Shown here in pieces: positions 24,101 through 34,860 of a stretch of DNA of 44,449 nt (positions within the stretch are counted from its first letter, which is position 1; the number at the start of each line of letters is the position of its first letter). A model generated the notes under the pieces. It made no database searches, had not been told where the DNA came from, and worked only from the letters and a program-made list of their open reading frames with translations. Source of the stretch: Catajapyx aquilonaris (Eukaryota); contig KZ538851.1 of the NCBI GenBank assembly GCA_000934665.2, forward strand, positions 1 to 44,449, in the 5' to 3' direction. A program made the translations under genes and the position numbers.

Positions 24101-27100
24101 ATACTTGCACGCTAGGGGACACGGTGGTCTAGTGGCCAGTCCAGGGGCTACTGGCCAGCCAAGCGTAAGGTCCCAGGTTCAAATCACCCTCCATCCGCCG
24201 CCATCTTGCCAGCCCGTCTTCGCGCCTTACACCGCCTGCCCCACCTTCTCCACTGGTGCAGCGAGTGCAGCCCCCCGCTTGCACTGGTGCAGTTACACTG
24301 GCGAATCGGACACGCTGCTCCCGGTGAATCGGACGCTTTTTCCTGCACGAGTGTACACTGGCTACACCAGTGCAATCAATCGGACAACACTAATACTTAT
24401 TGCATCAGACAATGAAAGTGCAGATTTTTTGGAAGTTGATGTAACTGACCTGCATCCAGAGGGGCTCCAGAGAGAGAAACTTTCCCTCCATCCTCTGATA
24501 TATAATAGACGAACTGAGAAGAAGCACCTGGGGGTTTACTAGATTGGCAGGCATTGACCGATGGGCCACATTTTTGGAGCACACCACCCCATTTACTATG
24601 CATGACTCGGCACGTTCACCACCTGGGACTTTCTTTATTTGAACATATCTGCAAAAAGTAATAAAATGTTATGCATATACACAAACTGTTCATGCCCAAC
24701 AATAATGAGTAACTTACTGTTGGATGTCCATATCATCATTGTTGCATTTGACATCAGGCTTGACATGTTCAACAATGCAGTGGACCAAGGGAAGAATCAC
24801 ATCAGCCCATGAAGGAGCCAATCCTTCTTTTGTCAGCATTTGCATCAGAAGTGTCTTTTCATGACTCAGGTAAGCTTCACTACATAATTTCAAAAATCAA
24901 TTATATTACAATACAAAACAACATGTGAGTACGTGTGTGGTACTACTGACCAATGAATAGATAAAACATGTGCTTTACTAGAAGAACGCTTGTATGACCC
25001 TTCTGCAAACCAGGATCATTGGGAGAACAAATTAGTAATTCAGTAACATGACATTGCCTCAATAGGTTTTTCTTAGCGCTGTTTTGGAAACAGCATCTTA
25101 TTTTTGTGTAAGTTCTGAGGGAGCTGTTAATCCCTTTGGCCCCTGGCCTTATCTTAATTAGAGGCAACTTGGACATAGCTAATATTTCTTAATTTGGTCA
25201 ATTATTTGCAAATAAACATTTTCAAATTTCCATATTTGGCAGCACTTCAAAATCTCACAATATCAATGACCTATGCTTATGTGTCAAATTTTCCCTGGTA
25301 TTTTCCTCAATTTGATTATGAACACTTCTTATTTTCTACATTTATTGGTCAATACTTCTGCACCATTACCCAACACATGCAATCAAAAAGTTCATGTTAT
25401 ACAAATCATCCTACCTGAGGCGTTCAAGGGCAACCTTCTCCCCAGTTTCTGCCCTCAAATGTTGTGCAGGAGACCATCCAGTTGGGGCAACAAATTCTCT
25501 ATTCCCCTGCATATGGGTGAAGAGTGTTTCCTTCAAGAAGTCCTCAGATATTTCAGTGCTGGACAAGTCCATTTCCAGCATTGGATATTGTGGCAGCTTA
25601 CCTAGAAAGACATTATGTAGATTGCACATCACTCTTGATGTCACAAAGGAGAAACATTACTTTGGCCTAGACCCATTGAACTGAACAGGATTTTCATAAA
25701 TATGCATGAGGTGATCAAATGGGAGCACCACAGTGAACAAATTTTGGCTCTGAAGTATGGTGCTGAATGGCAAAGGGCACTAAATGACATGGTGAAAGTG
25801 GCGTTAAGAGAAAGCTTTTCACCCTCTGGTCACGCTTTTCACCTGTGCATTCAACCCTACAAAGCAAAACAACTGACCATGACAATCCTTAAAATCTGCC
25901 TTATTTACCTTTACCTTGAGTTCAAACAATGGAGCAGAGGACCAAATTCGACTAAATTTCAAGCCATCAGCAAAACTATTATGTCATCCTAAAAGGCAAC
26001 AAGTCTATGAAACTGTGCTGAGAAATGCTGAATATGGTACATTGAAACCTAAATAAAGTGGAAGCAATGCTTTCAGTGATATGAAAGCTCTTTAGGGGAT
26101 CATCTTTTTAATTAACCGACTTTAAGCATTGCCTTTGCTGTGATGGATTTTGAAAGTGGGAGGAAATGGGAGAACCCTGAGAAAACCCACGTGAACACGG
26201 AGAGAACCCATGGAAACTCTATCCACGTAAGTATCCTCTCAGGATCTTAGAGGTGGATGCTAATCACTCCGCCACCGTGTTGCCATGATATGCAAGCATT
26301 ACAGCTGGTCACATTTTGAATTTGACTTGTATTGCACATCTAAATGTGTAACTTATCTGAGTAACTCTTAAAAATTACATCGAACTTACCAAATGTGATT
26401 GAGTTGTCTCTCCTGCTTCTTTCCTCTTCACTGTTCTTCGATTCCAGCTTAGCTTTTGACACAGACACTGTACTATCTTCGACATTGAGCTCCAAATAAA
26501 ACATAGAACCAGCAGAAGAAAGGTGCCCAGAACCCTGCCTGAAGGGCCGCTTTTTTTCTTCTTTGGCCACATCGTCAGACTCAGAATCTGAGAAGCAACA
26601 CACATGTAAAGCTCGATTAACACACCACATGCTCAAAAAAGTCTCATGCATATTATTGGTGCTTCTTCGAAGCAAGTTGTAGGAATTCTTATCAAGGAAC
26701 AGGGCAGAGGTTACATTTATGATATAATCAGGGCAAACAGGAGACATCAACCCCAGACAGGGAGGTATGTGGGAGTCTAAAAAACATGGGGAAAATGATT
26801 CATCTCTAGTTAGAGGCCTAATTTTGATTTGCCTTCTCCCTCAACACCGGAACAAATTCAACAAATTTACTTGGCCTATAGCATTTGAGACATGAATAGT
26901 TTGGCATCACAGATGTGGTGGAAGTGGGGGATAGGTATGTGGCATAATGTGGCAATGGTACAGTGTTGGACATTAATCGAGGCATTTGAGGCACTGGTGG
27001 CTAGTGACATTTTCCGAATCGGCAAAAGAAGGAATTGAAGATAAGGATACTGCAAGCCGGGCGAGCAAGATTCCTTCCTCTGCCGCTTCGGAAAGTGTCG

Positions 27101-30100
27101 CTAGCAGTATGCCTCGAATTATGTCCAACACTGTACCATTTTACAACTGCATGAATGTTGCATATAATGGATACCCTGTGATAGGCCTCCTTGGGCCTCT
27201 TAGGGGATCATCTTTTCGTGAACCATCTTTAATCATTGCAGCTGCACTGTGATGGATTTTGATTGTGGGAGGAAACAGGAGAACCCCGAGAAAACCCACG
27301 CGAACACGGAGAGAACCCATTGAAACTCTATCCACATAAGTATCCTCTGTCTGACCCGGGGATCGAACTCGGGACCTCAGAGGTGGAAGGCTGCGGCGCT
27401 AACCACTGCGCCACCATGTCGCCCTGCCATGAATATTGCATATAAAACTGGAAGGAAATTATAACTACTTCACTTTGCTAATCCCCATGTTATTTTCTTG
27501 TATTTGCTTGTATCGCTTGCAATCATGCAAAGTTTGATTTCACAAACTTAAGAGTGCTGTAGTCTTACAAGAGGAACTTCACTGATGATTTGATATTCTA
27601 ACCAAGTAGGTTCAGTGTTGGACGTTAACTGAGGCACACGGCTAGCAACATTTTCCGAAGCAGCAGAAGAAGGAATCGAAGATAAGGATACTGCAAGCCG
27701 GGCGAGCAAGATTCCTTCTCCTGCCACTTCGGAAAATGACGATTTTGCATTGAAACCAAATGCAAAATCGCCTATCTCTTTGAGCAATATTGTAGTACAG
27801 TGTTGGACATCAATCAAGGACATTAATCAATTAATGTCCAACACTGTATTACAATATCGCTCAAAAAGATAGATGATTTTGCATTTGGTTCCAATGCAAA
27901 ATCGTCTCCATCTTTTTGAGCATTATAGTACAGTACATATCTCCCTATAAAAGTTAATTATGCCAAGTTAGAGAAGCGTAAACAGGAGAGGGGGGGGGGG
28001 GGGGNNGAGAGAGAGAGAGAACTTTAACAAAGAGTTCTCACTGACAGTGAGTGGTAACAACTTTTAAATCACAATCCTGATGGAGGCATTTGTAATGTAC
28101 GAGCATTGCACTTCCCTTCACCACATTGACCCGCCAAGGACGTGCCCTCTACTTGCCGGAGCGTAGGAAGCCTTACCCTCAGACCTATTACCGATTTACC
28201 CATTAATTAACCTATGCCATTTACACTATCCAAACAAACAACCTTAGCCTCAGCCACATGGCAATGAATGATATCAGTTGGCACTTTTACAATGGTGGGA
28301 TATCGACAACAACAAAACTACTTATGATTATTTAAAACACAAAAAAAATCCAATAGTTACTAACCTATAAAAAGTTCATCTTGCATTCCAATTTGTTTCA
28401 GCCATAAGGGTTCATGGGCCTCTGGAGCAAACTCCCTCCTTTGCAAATCCACACAACTGTTAGATGAGGCAGCACTATCCTCCTGAGAAGTGGTGAATGC
28501 CTCTTGAGGGCGGTATAACATGTATCCATCCACAAAGTCTTGCTCACCATGAGAAATGCACTCCAGGAAACCAGCATCAATCAAGACTTGCCCTATCTTT
28601 GTAGCTTGTGCTCTGGGAAACAGGACATGACAAATATTACTGCCATTAAATCTGCTGATGCACCAAAAATCTCACTCACTAAACATAGCAAAGTCTTAAA
28701 ATTAACCTTGGAGGTTAAATCTAACACTACCATACCCTGCATTAAAACCACTGAAAGCAGGAATTAGAAAGTTTAGAGCATAATAATCATTACCTTGTGG
28801 AGGCCTTCCCCTGAGAAATGAGCCAGTCCACAAGTTCTGCACCCACAAAGCAGGACTGGAAAGTTCTGAGTCTGTGTCGATGGCTCTGCAAAGTTACTCC
28901 TGTGATGGGTTTGCACATCTCTATCATAAGAGAGCGGAGATGGACACAATCCTGCAGAAGGGTTTTGCGCTCCACAGGACTCAGCTCATCAATTGGATCC
29001 TGCTTGGAAAGGTAAACATCTGGCTCATGGCCTTTGCTGAAAGAGATGGAAAGAGGAAGCAATTGATACTGAGAGTGCTGGCAGACCACGAAATACTGCA
29101 GTTGTACTCATGCCACTCATTCAATCATTACTACTGAGGCGCTGACCATGTTGGTAAAAGGCTGAGAATCCAATTCCCACTAACAACCAATCCTTACAAA
29201 AAAATAATTTTCTTTCTACTTACTCCTGAATAAGTGAATAATGCCTTTCCTTTTTGTGAAGTTATTCATAAGAGTACTACATCAGCAGTTCTCAACCGGT
29301 GGGGCATGCCCCCCCCCCCCCCCCCCCCCNNNNNNNNNNNNNNNNNNNNNNNNNNNNNNNNNNNNNNNNNNNNNNNNNNNNNNNNNNNNNNNNNNNNNNN
29401 NNNNNNNNNNNNNNNNNNNNNNNNNNNNNNNNNNNNNNNNNNNNNNNNNNNNNNNNNNNNNNNGGGGGGGGGGGGGGGGGCAATGTGGCATAGGTTGAGA
29501 ACTGCTGTACTACATACTGCAGTGCAAGCTAGTGAAGATTCAATCACAAGTGGGTGCAGAGTTTGGTCTGCTTTCTGGGGTTTTTCAGCCCACTGAGAAT
29601 GGCTAGAAATGTAGAAGAGGGCTGGAAAAACCCAGAAAGCTTCAAAAACTTTGCTTGGGCCAACTATAAGATGATGCACAGTTACAGCACAGTAGAGTAG
29701 CTTGAAACTGTAGTACCACACCACAGTGCAATTGACAGGGTTGTGCAATATTACTTCTGACCTGTCTATTTCCATCTATGGGAGGTAGGTAAGTGAGGAT
29801 CAGCTGTTATCCACACCAACGTGTGCAACCCCACTTTTTTGCCAGGTCTGACACCATTAGACAAGTATAGATCAAATGGTAAGATTAAGTCATATGGTTT
29901 TTTAAAAATCCACCATTATGGATATCACATGATGATCATAATGATAGACATTTGTGGACTCATAGGGTTCGTACACATCACACAATTTGTTGATTGATAG
30001 AGTGTAAGTGGGACAATAGCAGATTCATATGATACTGATGACATCAGGCATATTGTCAATAGGTTGAGTGTAAGTGGGACAATAGCAGATTCATATGAAT

Positions 30101-33100
30101 ATGGTGCAGGCCATAGCCCTAGAAAAAAGCGAGCGAAGCGAGTGGTTTTCTACGCCTGACCATAGAAAAATGCGAGCGTAATGAGGGTTTTTCTAGTCTC
30201 ATTCAAAAATACAAATAAACAATTGATGATATTCACACTGTATCTGAATCGAGTTATCACTTGTTTCAGAATGGGGATTTTGTACTATCAGGATTGTGAT
30301 AAAAACAATTGGAATTTGTTTCATGGAAATGTTTTCAATAGTGACAAAAATATAGTTAGAAAAGAAAATGCCAAGTATACCTTCCAAGTGCAAATCTCTC
30401 CTCAAGATAGCCTGCTGATGATCTCCGCCTTAGGGTTCCCATACCACCCCCTCCTCCACCACTCTCCTGAACACTGGGTGAATTTGACCTGCTCCCTGTG
30501 TGATCACCTAGCTGTGTTTTTAAATCAACTTGCACTGCCCGTAAGTCCAGAGACAGGTCAGTCGCATTGGTTGACTGGAGGAAAGAAAGGATATCCTTAC
30601 AGCATTGTGTGCAGACACGGAGATCGCCTTGGCAACATGAAAGGAGAAGAAACTTATTTCAGGTTACAGTACATATTATATGACAATGTAAATAAAAAGT
30701 ACATGGCAGCCAAAAGAATATCTGAAAAAAATAAATGAGGATCAGGCATCTATGCTATGCAACTTAACATGATCAAGCAAATTATGTTATTAGTTTCATG
30801 ATTTTCACCATCATTGGCAAGGCTCAAATTCCAATGATGTCAAACTTTTCCTAGGCAGTAAATTAAATGTGGGTCTAGATTATGCATCTTGATTAATGGT
30901 ATTATCTGTGCTTGTTTATAAACAAGTAGGGAGTGACAAAACCTACAAACTTTCCTGCCTGTTATATAAAACCCATGATGAAGTTTCAAATCTTTAGAGC
31001 TTCACCTGCATATCCCATTATTTTTCCAGGAATCTCCTTATTGCAGCATCTCGAACAAAATATTCTCCCGCATACTCGACAATGGTGCCTCCGCCTGAAT
31101 GTGGTGAACCTATCTCCACACTCAAAACATTCCTTGCTAAGTGAATCTGGCATCCAGTACTGCTTCATGTCTGCTTCTTTGTAATTCTGCAAGAAACAAG
31201 CAAAGAACAAACATAATAAAAATATTCATTTCTAATCTTATTTTCTCAATAGGTACTTACAGAGCTCTTGAGAGCTAGAAGCTCACTAATGCGCTTTATG
31301 ATACTAGGCATGCTTCTGTTGTCACCTTCATTTTGGTAAAAAGAAAGGCCTAGGGAGGTAGAACTAGTCTCACTTGTTTGAGATTGGGCATCATGTCTCT
31401 AGCAAAATAAAAATAGTGGATTAGATTTAACTTCTCTGTTGAAAAGATATGAAACAGACCAGAATCTCTGGTATTGTACACATTTGCATGAAATTATGAG
31501 AAATGAATCTTTTGACCAGAGCAGATGAATTTCACAAAATACATTTTCTAGCAAATATTTTCAAGTCACTGCATTGTGGATAATTCTATGGATGCTCCTC
31601 TGATTGTGAGTGCAGAAACTTCACTTAATTACTCTTGTGACTTAATATTGACTACCATTCAAAAATAATTTACAAACCAATATTCAGTAATATTCTTGGT
31701 TGGCATGCATGTTATTAGAGCATTCTCTTTGCCACTGACATCTATGCAAATACATTCAAGAAATCTTGGAACAATACATTATTTTGGTCTTTAGTAGAAT
31801 TATTATACTAAAGACCAAATGTATAAAACAATTTATTACTTGGTCTGAAAGTTCCCTTGATGACCAGCTGGCACCTTCTGATTCTAAAAAACTTGTCTTA
31901 TCTCTTTCTTTGGAATTGTCTGCTAAGACAGCTACATCATCACTTGAAAGTGATGCTTGTGGGAGTCTTGTGTGAAGTGAGTCTCTGGATCCTGACTCTG
32001 GAATGAAAAACATCACGAGCATAAGTGACACACAATGGTGAGCACAGATAACTGCTAATCCACTAACTAAAACCATTGGCTTCGCTAAATCGCTAATACT
32101 AAACAGCTCGAAATATCAGAGGAAGCTAAACACTAACTTTTATTGCATGAAATAAGCCTCTTTTTTTTGGCTCTACAACCCTTTAAAAAATAAACAGAAC
32201 CTAGAGTGCTAGAGCCTAGAGAGCACTGATGCACATACACCTGATTGTTTTTTACTGCTCCGTACAAAAAATAATCAACTAATCCAAAAAGCAAAAAAAA
32301 TGAATTGCAACAAAATTACTATTACATTTTACAATCGGAAAATGTAATTCACTTTGGCTGGACCATCTCTGACTCCCAACGTTTCGAAATGATGGTGGTT
32401 ATTGGCCTTCAAAAACATCAGACTTTCAAAGTTGTCACCTGAGAGGGTGGCTCTCTTCGCCCTCAATATATCTTTGCCAATAGAGAATAGGCGCTCAACT
32501 GCAGCACTGGATGGGATGGTAGTGTTATACCTAATGAACTGTGGCAACCCTGTGCAATGCTGCTCAAAAAATAACAGTGAGACAGAAACATGTATTAATT
32601 TTGTTAGCGGACTTACATTTGGCAGAACTAAACTTAGCAGAAGCTAATTGTTCCGCTAACGCCTTACAAAGTTAGCGAAAATGCTAATCAGCTAACCAAA
32701 AAGTTGGCTTCGCTCATTAGTGGTTAGTGGAACTCTGCCCACCAATGGTTAAACATGGTTAGGCTCATAGGCTGATTATTCAATACAAGTTGCCATCTGT
32801 TGTGTCAAAATTTAACGGTTTTGCTAAAATGGAGCACATGCAAAAGAAAAACATGCAAGTGAATTTGATGACACTATACAGGGTGATCCAACTCTATGGC
32901 ACCAGTAGTTATTGAAAAAATCGCGCAAGCTGCTTGTTTATAAGCAAGTCGTTGCTAAGAGATGCTTTCTGGCTCTTTCTGGAGAATCGGGAATAGCACC
33001 TGCTGATATTAGGTCCAATGGCCATGTAACAATAATATTTTATTTGCTGGTAACTAAACAACGCTGCCTGTTGACCTGTCTCAGTTTTGCCAACAGCGGC

Positions 33101-33838
33101 CAACAATGAACAGACCAGAAGGCCTATTTATTGACACACCCGGGTCTGTCCAGTTCCGACGGATTAGACCTTTGGTTTGGCAGCTAGTGACCACGGATGA
33201 TCCTTTTTTCCCTCATTAATATTGTTACATGGGCATTGGACCTAATATCAGCAGGTGCTATTCCCGATTCTCCAGAAAGTAACTCTTATTGATCTCTTAG
33301 CAACGACCTGCTTATAAACAAGCAGCTTGTTGATTTTTCCAATAACTGTTGGTGCCACAGAGTTGGATCACCCTGTATTATAATTATCCGAGTACCTGAA
33401 CAATTCACAGGTAATTCCCTAAGCAATATTTTGACATTTTCAAGTTCAACCATTGCATGTTTGTATTCAAGAAATGTAGGCCTGATAACACTCCCAATTA
33501 TCTACTTGCAGCAGTCCATGCAGCATACATATGACAATACAATATGTTCCCACTAAACCCAGAAGTTGCATAAACCTCCCCAATAAACTAAACCAAAATG
33601 ACAGTTCATTTTAATGCAAGAGAATGACTTCCGTTCATACTGTTCTCCTTCCTAATAATAATACCTCCTGCAGACAGGTACGTGATTGTATAAGCAGAAG
33701 CAAAACACCACTACCTTTCCTGATCCTGAACAGTTTGGAAAAGGAGAATCCACCAGCCCTGGTACCATCTGCCTTGTTGACCTCTGAGCTCAGGGGAGCA
33801 AACTCCGTCAGCTTGGTTGGAGAGCCCAAGTTACTCAT
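15160..33838 (-). CDS. PIKFYVE: 1-phosphatidylinositol 3-phosphate 5-kinase PIKfyve/Fab1, about 2036 aa, 19 coding exons
   Basis: Exons: 33838-33715, 31997-31840, 31398-31261, 31186-31006 (FYVE: WMPD, RRHHCRVCG), 30627-30381, 29036-28794 and 28612-28365 (DEP), 26587-26390, 25601-25415, 24879-24718, 24648-24450 and 22678-22138 (CCT/TCP-1-like), 21978-20892 (conserved Cys-rich region, SFAKYLE), 20735-20545, 20424-19997, 19022-18007, 17456-17053 (GGKSG, DLKGS), 16964-16803 (MDYSLL), 15356-15160 (DYIRTFTWDK). All GT-AG and phase-consistent, 6111 nt. Confidence 0.96.
15494..16396 (-). mobile_element. Defective hAT (Charlie/SPIN/GTF2IRD2-type) DNA transposon
   Basis: TIRs CAGAGGTCTCAAAC / GTTTGAGACCTCTC, perfect 8-bp TSD GTTTAAAG (15486-15493, 16397-16404). 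Decayed transposase C-terminus on minus (FASPFSYDV, QMESIEIQC, MFGNTYLCEQLLSMM). Confidence 0.9.
15865..15931. mobile_element. Short palindromic TA-inserting MITE nested in the hAT relic
   Basis: TATATCGCTCAAAAACATA...TATGTTTTTGAGCGATATA inverted repeat flanked by TA. Related arms occur at 27738-27906. Confidence 0.7.
19278..19486. mobile_element. MITE (Harbinger-like termini) in a PIKfyve intron
   Basis: TIRs GAGTACGTTTACATGGGACTAAAAAT / ATTTTTAGTCCCATGTAAACGCACTC. Flanking direct repeat AGT (or CAGTG if the TIR is taken 1 nt shorter). Confidence 0.85.
23888..24392. mobile_element. About 505-bp MITE with 17-bp perfect TIRs containing a tRNA-like Pol III head
   Basis: TAGTGTTGTCCGATTGA (23888-23904) / TCAATCGGACAACACTA (24376-24392), internal AATCGGAC repeats, A/B boxes at about 24116-24190. 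TSD ambiguous. Confidence 0.8.
26088..26284 (-). mobile_element. SINE family A, internally deleted copy
   Basis: Homologous to 27164-27424 over the core and the start of the tail; the B-box region is deleted. Confidence 0.8.
26961..27133. mobile_element. Tc1/mariner-type palindromic MITE
   Basis: TIRs CAGTGTTGGACAT / ATGTCCAACACTG, TA on both sides, largely self-complementary interior. A second partial copy starts at about 27613. Confidence 0.85.
27164..27424 (-). mobile_element. SINE family A, near full-length (tRNA head + V-domain-like core + 3' tail)
   Basis: A-box TGGCGCAGTGG, B-box GTTCGATCC, core GTTCTCTCCGTGTTCGCGTGGGTTTTCTCGGGGTTCTCCTGTTTCCTCCCAC, tail CCCCTAAGAGGCCCAAGGAGGCCTATCACAGGG. 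Confidence 0.88.
27613..27936. repeat. Composite MITE cluster with an approximately 170-bp near-perfect palindrome
   Basis: A truncated copy of the 26961 MITE, then inverted arms 27738-27797 / 27847-27906 around a 49-bp mini-MITE (27798-27846) with the same CAGTGTTGGACAT TIRs. Confidence 0.8.
29283..29507. mobile_element. hAT-type MITE spanning an assembly gap
   Basis: TIRs CAGCAGTTCTCAACC / GGTTGAGAACTGCTG, perfect 8-bp TSD TACTACAT (29275-29282, 29508-29515). N-run 29330-29463 lies between C and G homopolymers. Confidence 0.88.
30000..30197. repeat. 33-bp direct repeat followed by two hairpin units ending in CTAGT (possible Helitron/Helentron-like end)
   Basis: GAGTGTAAGTGGGACAATAGCAGATTCATATGA at 30000 and 30066, then TAGAAAA-GCGAGCG...-TTTTCTA twice, the last ending CTAGT. 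The element class is a guess. Confidence 0.45.
32033..32747 (-). mobile_element. Defective hAT transposon retaining the C-terminal dimerisation-domain fragment
   Basis: ORF 32329-32547 FIRYNTTIPSSAAVERLFSIGKDILRAKRATLSGDNFESLMFLKAN. Degenerate TIRs CAATGGTGAGCACAG / CTCTGCCCACCAATG, GCTAA subterminal repeats, 6/8-matching TSD GTGACACA / GTTAAACA. Confidence 0.85.
32879..33375. mobile_element. Tc1/mariner-type MITE with about 160-bp inverted arms
   Basis: CAGGGTGATCCAACTCT...AGAGTTGGATCACCCTG, long imperfect inverted arms, TA on both sides. Confidence 0.9.
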
Positions 33839-34530
33839 GTCTGCCGTGTGACCAAATGTGACTTTCTAGTACTCAGCAACATACGGAAGCCTCCTTCCCT
33901 GTAAATCCAAGAGTGTAACAGCTGAGGTCTGACCAGCTGGACCCTGCGTTTCGAACTAAATGTGATATGTAGGCTATTCAATATACCAAGTGCAGCCCTT
34001 CTCTCATGTAGTGGCCCGAGTTGTCCGCAGCAGGAGCATCTCGTGACATTCCCTCGAGAGCCATTTCCATTGCCCCCTTCATCACAGCTCCTTCCGGGCT
34101 GCTATCTGCTGCTATCGTCCTATGGAAATTGGGACACGGCCCATCATGCACAGATTAACCACCAGCCTCACAAGTACCACGTAGGCACCAACTGATATTA
34201 TTTTATAATTATCACAATGTAAAAATAAAAAACCCCAAAATTATCTCCATAAAACTGTCGCGCCCAATGCGCATCTAGTGTCGAATCCGGTCGAATCGCA
34301 TAATCCCCAAGAAGTGTGCATTTCCCTCGTTAGATGGCGGACGGATCGAGAGCCACCCGCCTTGAACAGAGTTCCCGCCAATGGTCCCCTTCCCTCGAGT
34401 TGCCATTGGCGCGAAGCACGTGTTGTCGGGACCATTGGCGGCGCCCATCCACCCCGTCCACCCACCCAACCCAGCCTCTCTCGCTCCGTCTCTGGGCATC
34501 TCGGCGCCAGTATCCAGTCTGTCGCCGGAC
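33839..34530. promoter_or_regulatory. Bidirectional promoter/5' UTR region between PIKfyve and the membrane-protein gene
   Basis: About 690 bp between opposed ATGs, CpG-rich. YY1/Pho-like AGATGGCGG at 34332-34340 and several CCAAT/ATTGG boxes (about 34264, 34378, 34405, 34434). Confidence 0.6.
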
Positions 34531-34860
34531 ATGGAGCGGAGGAGCCAGCGACTGGAGGATGCCCGGTTGAGGCTCCGGCGGGCCCTTGACCGGATGGACA
34601 AGCTCGGGGTCAAAGGGCACCACCTTAAAGAACTTCAGGGTCTGATCGAACGTGGACTGGACCACCGGATCAAAGACAAGCAGACGCTGGACCACACGGA
34701 GAATGACACCAAGAAGAAGAAGTCCTCCAGGGTGTTGTCGGTGTTGGCCGGTGTCGTGAGTGTCACCCTGGTCCTCGTCATCTACTTGGAACTCTACACG
34801 GTGCATGGTTTCTCCAGGGCGTGGCTTAAATGGGAGAATGTCGATCTCTACTCTGTCGAG
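34531..34860 (+). CDS. First coding exon of a predicted type II single-pass membrane protein (possibly C6orf89/BRAP-like); the remainder lies outside the window or was not found
   Basis: ATG at 34531 in good context (GACATGG), 110 GC-rich codons. Helical N-terminus, KKKK stretch, then hydrophobic VLSVLAGVVSVTLVLVIYL. Ends at a strong donor GAG|GTAAGA. The family assignment is only a weak impression of architecture. Confidence 0.7.

Noticed and set aside
29234..29775. Poly-Pro/poly-Gly ORFs
   Set aside because: Artefacts of C/G homopolymers and an N gap inside a hAT MITE.
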